From: Cycas panzhihuaensis
Taxonomy: Eukaryota; Plantae; Cycadophyta
Reading direction: 5' to 3'
Assembly (NCBI GenBank): GCA_023213395.1
Contig: CM041465.1
Location: 78,747,741 to 78,811,740, forward strand
Length of the DNA stretch: 64,000 bases
Within the stretch, counting starts at the first letter, position 1. Each line of letters opens with the position of its first letter. The translations under genes and the position numbers were made by a program. Positions 27,501 through 39,900 of the stretch are shown piece after piece. The notes beneath the pieces are model-generated. The model was not told the DNA's origin. It made no database searches and worked only from the letters and a program-made list of their open reading frames with translations.

Positions 27501-28021
27501 CTTGATCCTCGTGAGGCTACTGACTACGATCCGATCATCTTTGTCACAAATGATACATTTCCCATTTTAAATAGTACGCTCATGTATTGCTTGTTCATCG
27601 CTAGAGATAGCGATTCTTCTCCATAGAAGGAATGAAGTAGGCATCCTTTGTTGGGAAATGATGAGGAAGGATTTTGAGGAGAATTAAAAGGAGCTATGGT
27701 GCCTATTCACGAAATCTCAAGCGATTCACATTTCTAAAGGTCACCGATTGACCTTTACCTTCCTTGATGTTGCATAGGAGTTCTTCACTCCACATCATAT
27801 GTCGAAGCTCTGAATCGACAATCCAAGTGTTGTCAATGTTGCATGATTGGTATGCACAAAGTAGTTTGTCTTCATTGACAAACTGATTATAATGGCGTTG
27901 GTAGCCACCTTTTTGACCCCCCCCTCCTGTTGGACCTCCTCGATAGGCACCTCGATTTGGTCGAGGGGGATTCTGCTGCTGATCTGACTGTTGGAACCTT
28001 TGTTGAAATTGATGTCGTGGG

Positions 28022-28862
28022 TCATTGTTGTCTTTGACCACGTGGTATTCTTTGTCTTTGACCACTAGGCCGCTGCTGTCTTCGAAGATCTTCTTGCTTC
28101 TTTTTGCACTCAGGTGCAACGTGGCCAGGTTTGCCACAATAATGGCATGCTACATTGGACTTGGAAGATCCAATGTTCATATTTCCAAACTGTTTTGTGA
28201 ATGGAGTTTTGGATTTTTGATTTGGGTTTGGGTTTGGTGTGAAAGGAGGTGTTGTAGATGGTTGTTGATTATGGTTAGGATAAATTTGTTGTTGTTGAAG
28301 GAATAAGGTTTGAAGTTGATTGAATGTGATCCCTCTTAGTGAACCATCTCGTGTAGTTGATGATATAAAGCCGTTGTAGTCCTTTGGGAATGCTTTTGTG
28401 ATGGAGGCTATGATTTCATCTCTAGTAGCTGGACTACCTAAAGTAGTTAATTCATTACAAACCTCCTTAATAGAGGACATGAATGCCGACATTGGCTTTA
28501 CAAATTTGATGGAGTACAATTTAGCTTTTATCATCAAAATGCGAGCTTCATCTCGCCTTTCATACAAAGAGGACAAGGTGTCCCATGCTTCTTTAGAAGA
28601 TAGTGCAGAAGAAATATTTTGGTCTACATGTATGTCCACAACCATACGAATGAAAGCCAAAGCAATTTCGTCTTTGGCCTCCCATGCAGCAACAACATCC
28701 ACCGGTGCAGTTTGATTATTATTAACCACAAGTGTAGGATTGGGGATTCTTCCAGAAACATATCCCCAAAACTCATTCATTATCAAGAGATTTTTTGTGA
28801 TTCTTTTCCATTCTTGATAATTTGATTGCCCCGTTAGCCTTATGGTACAAGCATTAAGCATA
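28022..28862 (-). CDS. Copia gag of element C (open frame, contains the G-to-C tract)
   Basis: ORF track 28022..28891. Homologous throughout to B gag. The first ~10 codons of the ORF call come from LTR remnants. Confidence 0.85.
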
Positions 28863-31288
28863 TGTATGGGCATTAGGCCACATGATACCAAATGTGGTTG
28901 TGCAAGAATTAGATGTTGAACAACAAGAAGTATCGCTTGCAGCCATGTCAGGAATCCAAAGACTCAATACAATAAAAATTTTTACATTCCTAAGAAAAGA
29001 GGGTGATAGCACTCATCAACCCAAGTAGCACCCATAATTTCATTGACATACGAGTTGCCAAAAGAGCTGCACTATGAATAGAGAACACAAAAGATTTTAA
29101 GATTTCCATCCCAAGAGGGTAGTTAATAATGTGCAAAGGAGAAATAAAATACCAATGACTCTAGATCGATAACTACTTACTATGCATTTCCAATTGTTGG
29201 ATTTGACATAGTTTTGGGATTCAAAGGATTAATCACACTTAGAACATATACCCTAAACCACAACAAAAACTTCATCAGGTCTAGAATGGACAGACAAAGA
29301 TATCAGCTAGCGGGCATTAATGCACCAAAAAATTTTGTCACCTCCATAGAAAAAAATGAACAAAATACTCTGAAAAGGAAATGTTAGATTCATCGTCAGA
29401 TTATTTGCAATTCATTTAGAAGATACACGTGACCAAGTACCTCCAAACTAAAAACAAGTAGACCAAATCTTAGATAACTATCAAGGAGTATTCTAGGAAC
29501 AACCAAGATCTATACCACCCATAGGAAGTATGGAACATATAATCAAATCATAACTTAGAACAAGACCAATTATACATAGACCATATCAATACAAATATAA
29601 ACAAAAGATTGAAATAGAAAGACTCGCACAAGAATTTTTGGACATAGTAGTCACACCAAGTAAAAGTCCTCATGGAACACTAATAGTACTTGCACGTAAC
29701 AAGGATGGTTCATTCAGATTATGTGAAGATTATTACAGTCTAAACAAGGTAATGTTGAAGAATAAATATCCTATTTCCAATATGGATGATATCACAGATG
29801 AATTACACACGACAAAATACTTCACCAAGATCGACCTCTGCTTCGAATACTACCAAATCCCTATTAGACAACAAGATACAAAAAAAAAAAAAAAAAAAAC
29901 ATAACACATTAAGGGCTATACTAGTTAAAGTCATGACCTTCGAGTTAACCAATGCCCTGGCAACATTCCAAGCTAACATGAATCACATATTTGCCTCCTA
30001 TCTCAAGCTATTCATCATGGTATTTTTTGATGATATACTAATCTACACTAAAACATGGTAGGAATACTTATGTCACCTCCAGAAGGTCTTACAAATCTTG
30101 AGAGACACCTACTTTTTGTGAAAAGGTTGAAATGCTAGTTTGGGAGGTAGGCATTAGAATACCTTGGACACATTATATTAGAAAAAGAAATCCAAATAGA
30201 TCTAGGAAGGATTCAAGCAATACTAGATTGGCCCATTCTTAAAAATGTTTCCAAACTATGTGGATTCCTTGATCTCACATGATACTGCAAGAAATTTTCT
30301 GAAAGGATATGCTATGATCACAGGCCCATTAATAGATCTTACCAAAAAGTATACCTTCAAATGGAATGAAGAAGTGAATCAAACCTTCAAGAACCTCAAC
30401 ATAGCGGTCAACACCACCCCAGTCTTAGCTTTATTAGACTTCTCCCAAATATTCATAGTAGAATGTGATGCTTTAGGAATGGGGATTGATGCAATTTTAC
30501 TCCAAAATATCCATCCAATATCCAATGAGAACAATAAACTCAACCATTGGGAAAAGCCAAAAGCACCTATGATAAAGAAATGTTAACCATCCTTTATTTC
30601 CTAGCTAAATGGAGGCAATATTTGTTGGGAACAAAATTTATATTACACACAAGCTACCATAGCCTAAAATACTTCCTCTTACAACCTAACCTATCTAAAG
30701 AACAATAGAAATGGGTTGGCAAGATACAAGACTATAATTTTCAAATCTCCTATAAAAAGGAAAAAGAAAATGTAGTAGTAAATGCATTATCCCAAAAATA
30801 TGAAAAACCTAACTATTCAACAATAACCATCCCACAACTAATTGGTAACTACACAAAGAATATACCACAAACTCAACTACACAAGCCAAAATAGACCAAT
30901 GTATCAACAAAACGATGACACCATAATGGACTATGAAGGGAAACATCCTACCTTATAATAGAAGAATTTACTTGCCCCAAAATTCATACCTTGAAGAAAT
31001 CATACTCAAGGAACACCATCAAGCTCCGCTCATTGGTCACTTAGGATTTGCCAAAACATATAAAAGGACAAAAGCATCATTCTATTAGGAAGGAATGAAG
31101 ATAACGATAAGGAAATTCATTTTTGAATGTGACACTTACCAGAGACAAAAGGCATAAAATATAAAGAGCCATAGACTCTTGCAACCTCTTAATAGACTTG
31201 ACTAAAACTAGGAAAAAATATCAATGGAGTTTACCACAAGACTTCCCAAGTCAGAAGCAAAGGATGCTCTATTTATGGTTGTAGATCT

Positions 31289-33276
31289 ATCCTCCACCAT
31301 ATGAGGTTATTATGTTTATCCCACATGCATAAGTCTAAGAGATGGGTAGCCTTAATAGCCCATATATATGTATGTAATGTATAAGTTGGATCATGATGTA
31401 TTTTGTAATCTTATGTTAATTGAATGTTCTTTGGAACTTCATCTCTTTCTTTATCATTTATCTATCATTTTCTATTTCTATTTCTCTATGTTGAATGGTA
31501 ACAGGAATAGGTTCACTACAAGTGGTATCAGAGCGCCCAGGTTGAGAGAGGTGTTTTTGTTCGGTATTAAAGCAGTGATTTGGGAGGTGCCATAACATTG
31601 AAATTTCTGAAAAGTAATGGCGAAATTGAGACAAAATAGCTCGTTCTATAAAATTTGAGTGGTCGCACTACAGATTTTGGGGTGAAAGTGCGAAAATTGC
31701 AGCAAAATTAATTTCGGCCTGCGTTTTTTCCGTCGCCGTATTTTTGGGACAGATCTGCAACCTCAACTTCAAAGAGCCATAACTTTAGCTACAGGTATCC
31801 AAATGACCTCAAATTTTTTTTGATTCTGTGCGTTTTCAAATTTAATTTCCAATGGAAGTGGTTTGAGGTTGATCAGAATTCGGAGTGAAAAGTTATTAGC
31901 AGTTTATCAGAAGGTACTATTACAGTCTCTAGAAACCCTAATTGTGAAATTCTTAAAAGGGGCCATAACTTTTGATTGAGATGTCGGAATTGACTTTCGT
32001 ACGAACTGTTGGAATCGCGTTTCAGAGGCCATCATTTTCATCCATATTTCATGTATTTTTGAGCTATATTTTTTTTCAGAAATAAGTTTTTGGGAATTTA
32101 AGGATTTCATATTATACTTTTCTTAGTCATAAAGCCATTACTCTCGAGGCCCAATATATATTTTTGTAACAAAATTAGGGGATAACAGGCTATAGACACC
32201 CCTAATCTCTTCTATATCCATATTATCATGGATACAACAAGGCCTATACCGCGCATCTTTAATGCAGATGGGACTCTTTCTGTAAGTGATTGGATTGATG
32301 ATATAGAGGCATATTTAAAATCACTTGATGATGACTACATGAACAATAAAGAGATGACTAAAGTAGCATCATTGTATCTGCAAGGAGAAGCTTACCTTTG
32401 GTTTCAAGAGTGGTATAACACACATAATACATTTAATTCATTTTATTTCTAAAATTAGATATTCAGATTAAATACCATGCTTCTTGGTGGAAAAAATGCA
32501 AAATCTTGAGAAAGACAAACAAGAAGCACGGAAAATACTTGAGAAGTATAATCGTAGAATGGGACAAGGAATTCTCCCCACTCCACAAAGTCAAGAACAA
32601 AAGAAAGATGATGAGAAAGAAAAGAAATGTCAAGAGCAAGTAATGTTGTTTGCCACCCCATACCACCAGTGACACCTAAGGACAAGGGAGAAAAGACATC
32701 ACAAATAGTTAAAAGACAAACTAAAGTGGAACCATATCGGCATCCACATTATCAAGAGGCCCAACGCAACAAAACTTATCAAGCAAGGCACTCATCAACT
32801 ACAAACACCGTGCAAGCACATTATTCGAGTTTAAGGTTTCAACATTATAGATATCCGAGTATATCGAGGATGTTGTGGTGTATCAAAATCAACTTGGGAT
32901 GGATAGATCCCCATTCCATGCGCAACTTTTCTAACGACCTTCGCAGAGCTATCGATTGGATATTAATAATGTGAGATGGTCACATGCATCATTAAATCAA
33001 GATGCTTCGAGGGCGAAGCATTTTAGGGGGGAGGGCATGTTATGATCCTCCACCATATGAGGTTATTATGTTTATCCCACATGCATAAGTCTAAGAGATG
33101 GGTAGCCTTAATAGCCCATATATATGTATGTAATGTATAAGTTGGATCATGATGTATTTTGTAATCTTATGTTAATTGAATGTTCTTTGGAACTTCATCT
33201 CTTTCTTTATCATTTATCTATCATTTTCTATTTCTATTTCTCTATGTTGAATGGTAACAGGAATAGGTTCACTACA
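31289..33276 (+). mobile_element. Element E: ~2-kb non-autonomous LTR element (TRIM/TR-GAG-like), very recent
   Basis: LTRs 31289-31520 and 33038-33276 are identical over their shared 232 bp (the 5' copy lacks the first 7 nt, tgttatg). Perfect Met-tRNA PBS tggtatcagagc at 31523-31534; PPT aggggggaggg at 33025-33035; no pol. Confidence 0.95.
32228..32672 (+). pseudogene. Frameshifted Gypsy-type gag remnant in E
   Basis: DWIDDIEAYL...VASLYLQGEAYLWF resembles the retrotransposon gag capsid N-terminus; continues in another frame with GILPTP (32484-32672). Confidence 0.7.
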
Positions 33277-36200
33277 CAACTACACAAGCCAAAATAGACC
33301 AATGTATCAACAAAACGATGACACCATAATGGACTATGAAGGGAAACATCCTACCTTATAATAGAAGAATTTACTTGCCCCAAAATTCATACCTTGAAGA
33401 AATCATACTCAAGGAACACCATCAAGCTCCGCTCATTGGTCACTTAGGATTTGCCAAAACATATAAAAGGACAAAAGCATCATTCTATTAGGAAGGAATG
33501 AAGATAACCATAAGGAAATTCATTTTTGAATGTGACACTTACCAGAGACAAAAGGCATAAAATATAAAGAGCCATAGACTCTTGCAACCTCTTAATAGAC
33601 TTGACTAAAACTAGGAAAAAATATCAATGGAGTTTACCACAAGACTTCCCAAGTCAGAAGCAAAGGATGCTCTATTTATGGTTGTAGATCTATTAATAAA
33701 ACATGTCCATTTCATTCCCATACAAACTTCCTTCAAAGCACCCTAGATTGCAGAAGTATTCATGAAGAAGATTCATTGACTATAGAGATTTCCCAAGAAA
33801 ATAGTTAGTGATTTTGACCCAAAATTCACAAGCCATTTTTGGAATGATTTATTCAAACTTGCAGGCACCAAACTCACTATGAGTATAAACTAAGGTAGTC
33901 AATAAATGTCAAGAGACTTATTTAAGGTGCTACATAGGTGACAAGTAGTCTAAATGGGTAAGTTGGATCCACCTGGCAGACTATTGGCACAACACAAACT
34001 ACCATTCCACAATGAAGATGTAACCCTTTATAGCACCATGAATATCAACCACCATCACCTATAGACTAAATCTAGAGAACAATTAAAATCCTAGCATCAC
34101 AAAACTTGATCCTACAATCTAACAGAATTTGAAAAGAACTTAAATATAATTATGACATTGCCATTAACAAGATGAAACAATAGACTAATTTAAAATGAAT
34201 AGACAAACAATTTGAGGTGGGAGAATGGGTCTATGTGTGACTCCAACCATACAAACAAGAATCTCTCAGGCAAGCAAGTAAATACAAATTAGCGCCTTGC
34301 TTCTATGGTCCATACCAAATACAACAAAAAATACAAGTAGTAGCATATGCCTTGAACCTCGCACAAGGTAGTAGAATTCATAGACTTCTTCCATGTCTCC
34401 TGCCTTAAGAAAAAAGTAGAATTTCACATAGGACCAACAACAAAACTATTGGTAACTAATGAAGAAGGTAAACTAGTAGTTAAATTTAAAGTGATCTTAG
34501 ACATCCTCCAGAAAAAAACTTTGCTTTAAAGAAGTCATTAAATACCTATCAAGTGGAATAACCTTTTAGAGCAAGAAGCAACATGGGAAACATAACAGTT
34601 TGTCCAATAACATTTTTCTCTACCAATGCTTTGAGGGCAAAGTGTCTTTTGAGGGGTGGGACTTATTGTAGACCTTGTCCTAGCAAAAGAAAAAACACTG
34701 ACTTCATATAGTGTCGGTCGACCTAATCAAAACCTAAATTTCATTATTAATAAACCCAATTTTGGCCAACTTCTATTATAACTAGTTTTCGGCAAAGATA
34801 CCACTTATTTTGGATAACTTAACCTTAGTAATCACACACTATAGACATAGGTTTTCCCAAGAGATTTGGGCATTATAGGTTCTAGAATCTTGGTGGCCCT
34901 TTCAGGGAGCAGGTTCATCTTATCTTGGCTTTCATAATTGTTGTTTTCTATTATCACTTTACGTAAAGATTGATAGTGATTAATTCAATTTTCTAACCAT
35001 TTTTTAGGAGCATTTATTTCACTGTAATTTTCCTTTAAAGATATATATTTTTAGCTTGAAGAACTCTCTTTCATAAGTGGAATTGCATTATATCAAGATT
35101 GCCTTAAAACAAGGGATAATCTATAGGAAACCCTAGCCCTAGGGTCACTGTAGAATGCATCAATACAAGATTCTCAACATGTGCCGCATCAAATATTACT
35201 AGCTTTAGATGAAAGGAATGTGTGTTTATCCCTAGTTTAACAATATATACTTGCCCTAGAACAATCAAGAAACAAGTTCACGTAGTGAGAATGCAACAAG
35301 CTTTTCTTATTGTAGGGGTTAAAATCATACATAGTTTTAAAATAAATAACTACAACTTTGAGAAATATATAGCTAGTTTGAAGTTTGTTTAGTCCTATGG
35401 GATACATTGTACCTACAACAACTTCATACACATGTGGCCCACAATACACACACAAATGCCATACTCAGCATATTAACATGCCATTGCCAATACAACCCTC
35501 CATCAATTTCAAAAATCACCCAAAGGAACTGCTCTAAAGTCATAAACTTATTTATATGTTGTAGAAAATAACTACTAGGTGTTGCAGTAGTACCTCCTAA
35601 CTATTTTATCTACAAAGTAACCACCAATAGTTGCAATGGTGAGCACCAAATTCTCTAGTTTGCCTTTTGTTACTTTGCGAAGCTACAATAATTTCCAAAG
35701 CTCATGTATTATATGCAAAATTAGGCCTAACATCCTTATAACCTTCACAAAAAGGGGAGTGTCCCTATCTCGAACACAAAATTTATAAAAAGACATATAC
35801 ATTATCAAATTTACAACTTTTACACATTTTCCATTAAATTTTTTCCACTTACCCCTTCTCCCTTCATGCAACTCTCAACATCATAGTAGTTGCACCCTCA
35901 TGCAATGAATTTAGTATCACGGGATGGGCTTCCACATGTATGGACTACTTGTCACCTACCATTGTAATGTCCTACTGTGCTTCTATCCACTAGTTGTTCA
36001 TCCTTGCCTCAAAGATGGTTTCGTTGCGAACACCCTTGGAAGTACTTAGTTGTATTTCTCTGACACTAGTTTCTAAATTCCAACATGAAATCACATCGAG
36101 GTCATGCTCCTTATAAAATCTTATCTTAACCTTAATCTTCTGCAACACTGTAGATTTTTTACGTTAACTTCAATGTCTAATCCTCAAGTTCTCCTCGTAT

Positions 36201-36902
36201 GCCCTTGTTTGTGTCTATGGGTCTTTTATTTCAATGCTTGCAATAGTGGCACATAGAAAATACCCATGCAGCTTGGGGTCGACCACTACCTGCTAAACCC
36301 TTATTGTTGTTTCCTTCAACTCCAACCACTATAGTAGATAGTCTATGATGCCTTTCTCCAATAGCAATGTATCATTGACCTAATGTATCATTGACCTATG
36401 CTCATGATGTGTATTAATGGTGATTGGAGACTCAAATAATATTCCTTGATCATTCAAGATTGTCGAGGAGGTGATGTAGATGAAATTCTCTTCTATTATC
36501 TTTAAGAAATATATTACAATCATGTATATGCTCATGCTTGTACAATAACATGCCTCCCAATTTACATTGAGGTCTAGTAACCATTTAAGAACCATAAACT
36601 ACCTAACCAACTAATTGACCTAGTTAATTTAACAAATTCAACTAGCAAACAATTTAATTATCTACAAACTAACTAGCCTAAGACTACTCTATATAGAAGT
36701 ATAATTTCTTACACATGCTCTACATAAAGTTCCCTATTATTATAGAGGAAATGGTCCCCAATTTCATGGTCTTTGACATATATGCAAGATATAATCCATA
36801 ATGGTTGGGGTGAACCCCGTCGTATTCTCCTTGTTTACTAGGAAGAAAGATGATGTCGTATAAGATCGCCTTGTACCAAAAAATGCTTCAAATAGGTATG
36901 GA

Positions 36903-39900
36903 TGTTGGAATAAGGAGTTTAACGAGTATCAATGCAATGTTTACTTAGTGGTCAAGTAGTCATTGGTCGATATGAAAGGTTCTCGCACACATGATCTTAT
37001 TGGTTAATGTAATAGTGAAATAACATTGGATGATGCTAAAGTGACACACTTATATTGTTGGAATATGTGATCTAATTATATATGTAATGTTTAATGTTAG
37101 GTGATGTGATACATGCGCAATCCCACCATTCACATACATTGAGATATGTGAGATGCACACATAGCCATGCAAAGATGTTATTTGATGATATAAAGGCTCA
37201 AGAGATATGATAGGCTACTCATGAGGTGAACATTATTAAAAATATGTACACACACCACTTGAAAACTTGAGAAAGGAGATGCATTTATTTTGATCATTAA
37301 GAGTAGTTCCAACTCCACCTTCTCCCGTGATTTTTCCCACACCAAGTTTTCCACGTATAAATCCGTTGTCTCTCTTGTGGTGCATGCTTTATGTGCTATT
37401 TACTTTACATTCATGTTGATTTTGTTATATGTGTACATAACTCATGAGTTTATTCTATCATTATATTTGCATCTTATAATTCGGTTGTGCTACTCTACAT
37501 TTCTAATATAGTATCAAAGTGCAATTATAAATTCTAACATGATATCAGAACCATGGTTAGTTCAAAGATCTTGTGAAACAAGAAGAAGCCTATCGAGCCA
37601 ATTTGATGAACCAATATGAACCAGTAACAAAGTAATGATAGAGCCAATACAAAAGCCAATTATGAGGTGAATTTGATGAGACAGAAGTTCGAATATGCTA
37701 GAATTATGCCAGTGACATGTGAACAAGATCCGGGGGCCAAATGAGATGAAGAAGATTGATGAAAAACCACATACAAAGATCAAACCAAACAAAGTTGCAT
37801 GACGATGAAACAACAAAATTGATGGTATGTTATTTAAATTTATGTGGAACAATCATTTATGCCTGTAGGCCTATATACTCGAGACATACAAGTGTTCAAA
37901 GAAAGTCCATAGAATGATACGAGATCAAACTGTTGCTAGTTGAGTTCATTTATGCAGACTGATCACCTACCAACATGACTGAGATTTTGTGAGACTGATC
38001 ATCTAACATAATCTCATAATTAGTAGTAGCCTAGATATATTGAAGTATGCAGACAAGCCAATGATTCCATTAGTACACAAAATAGGTAGCAGGCCTATAC
38101 AATGTGTTGAGCAGCAAACAAAATAGGTATTTTGACAGTAATGAATAAAGGTATGTGGAATTGATGTATATGAGGGCATGTGAATAAAAACTGTTGATTT
38201 GGTGGCATTTTTTGAAAAAGATTATGATAGCATTATGATATTATGTGGTACATATGTTAAATTATTAGGACGTCATTAATAATATTAGGGGCATATTGCA
38301 ATGTTGTTGATATTTTTTGATGAGGGTGTATTTATGAATGGTATTACGAGAGCATGATGAAGTGATGGCACCATTATTTAAGAGAACTATGCACGGTTAA
38401 AATTTGAGGGTTTGATATGTGGTCATGACATAAACAAGGGTATGAGCAACATTGCAACATCTCAATCCAATGACCAAACAAACATCAAAAGGAATTCCAA
38501 CATTGATCCATTCCAACAATATACAAGGATTGCAATACTTTGCGAATGAGATATAAAATTTTCCCCATAGTCAATTTGAATTATGAATACTAGGAGTATT
38601 ATGGTTTACAGTTCTAATTGTAGGAACTTTTTCAAAGGATAGTTTTAAAATAGGGAGTTCTGTTGGAGGGCAGCACTGACAGGGGAGATATGGGTGATCT
38701 GTCTTTCTGCTCTCACGCTCCATGCACATGCCAGAAGCATCCAACCATCCTTGAAGCACTGACGGAGAAGGAGATCTTGTCATGCATATAAAGCAAAGTT
38801 GTATAAACACAAAGCAATAGCCAGAGAAGGATATCCTATTAGCCACCAAATGAAGCACTCCATGCCAGTTAGAAGCTAATTGGAGACGCTGCCCAATAGA
38901 AGCCCTCAGTTCGCACTCGCCCTCAAGTTGTCTCCAACTAGCCAAAGAACAATGAAGAATAGTTTGGATATATGACTGTAAAAAGGTGAAATGCTATCAA
39001 CCAATGCCCGTAGAAGTAGATAACCCTGAGATGTTACAAATTGAAGCCACTGCTCGCCCTCTAAGGAAAATCATAGAATCACAAAAGAAATCCAAAGAAA
39101 TTTTTTGCATGGAAACACATCATTAATGTTACCTTGTTATATCTAAATTGTCTTGGCCAATTAGTTCGGCTTGTTCCCAAAGTTAGTTGTTTCTGAGATG
39201 ATTTTTTGATGATAAGCATGATTAATAGATTCCAAAGAAAGCTACTAAAGTGTGCAAGTGAGGAAGCACACAAAAATAAATCTTGTTCGCAAGAGGAAAG
39301 TATAAGTTTCATAAGCTACTTTTGCACAACACACTTGATTGTGTTCTAACTCGTATCCAAGAGGCAAGATTATGCTACTCTTGTAACAAGCAATTTGAAA
39401 ATTACTAAAACATGTATCTGAAATAGTTACCTAGAGAATTGACGATTACAAAGACTAGTTACCCATGTATTTTAGTAGATGGTTATTGTTTTATATGGAC
39501 TCAGAAATTAATATGTTTGTTTGTTGATTTGATGATTGAGTTGATAGAATGTTGATGATAGCAGCTATATAGGTGAAGATATGAAGTTGTTCAGGAAGAC
39601 ACTTTATATATTGGTGATGTTGATGTTGGTGAATGAATGATGGTTCATATTTATAGGTTATTTGTTCATAGTTGGTCACTGATATACACAGATGACTACA
39701 TACAGGTTATTGATTATAGATACATAGATTAATGCTTACAGGAGACAAGTAGATGGATGATAGATTTACATATAGATGATGGACATTTATAGGTTATAAG
39801 CAATGAAATTGATACAGATACAAATACAACAAATACAGAATATAGGTTACAAGATCTAGCATACAGGTTGAAGACTGAGCGATGAACACTCTAAGACAAA

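Larger units (their letters stand above)
24156..28897 (-). mobile_element. Element C: Ty1/Copia of the same family as B, inserted in D; 3' LTR 24156-24719, 5' LTR almost completely deleted
   Basis: LTR is the reverse complement of the B LTR; PPT complement ccccctctt at 24720. gag with CHYCGKPGHVAPEC knuckle (28022-28862), protease (WIVDS), integrase (IDDFS, RSDNGGE, QQNGVSER), RT ([30 protein letters not shown]), RNase H. Many small indels. Confidence 0.94.
30874..33693 (+). repeat. 417-bp direct duplication of D sequence flanking E (30874-31290 and 33277-33693)
   Basis: Copies are identical by eye except one substitution (ataacgataa vs ataaccataa). Confidence 0.95.
22449..35152 (+). mobile_element. 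Element D: old chromovirus-type Gypsy, both LTRs present (22449-23011; 34664-35152), TSD GAATG
   Basis: LTR pair aligns. PBS tggtatca after 23011; PPT gaggggtggg before 34664; TSD gaatg at 22444-22448 and 35153-35157. Decayed gag (23040-24150), protease/RT (FFDDILIY)/RNase H (ECDALG), integrase and chromodomain. Interrupted by C and E. Confidence 0.93.
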
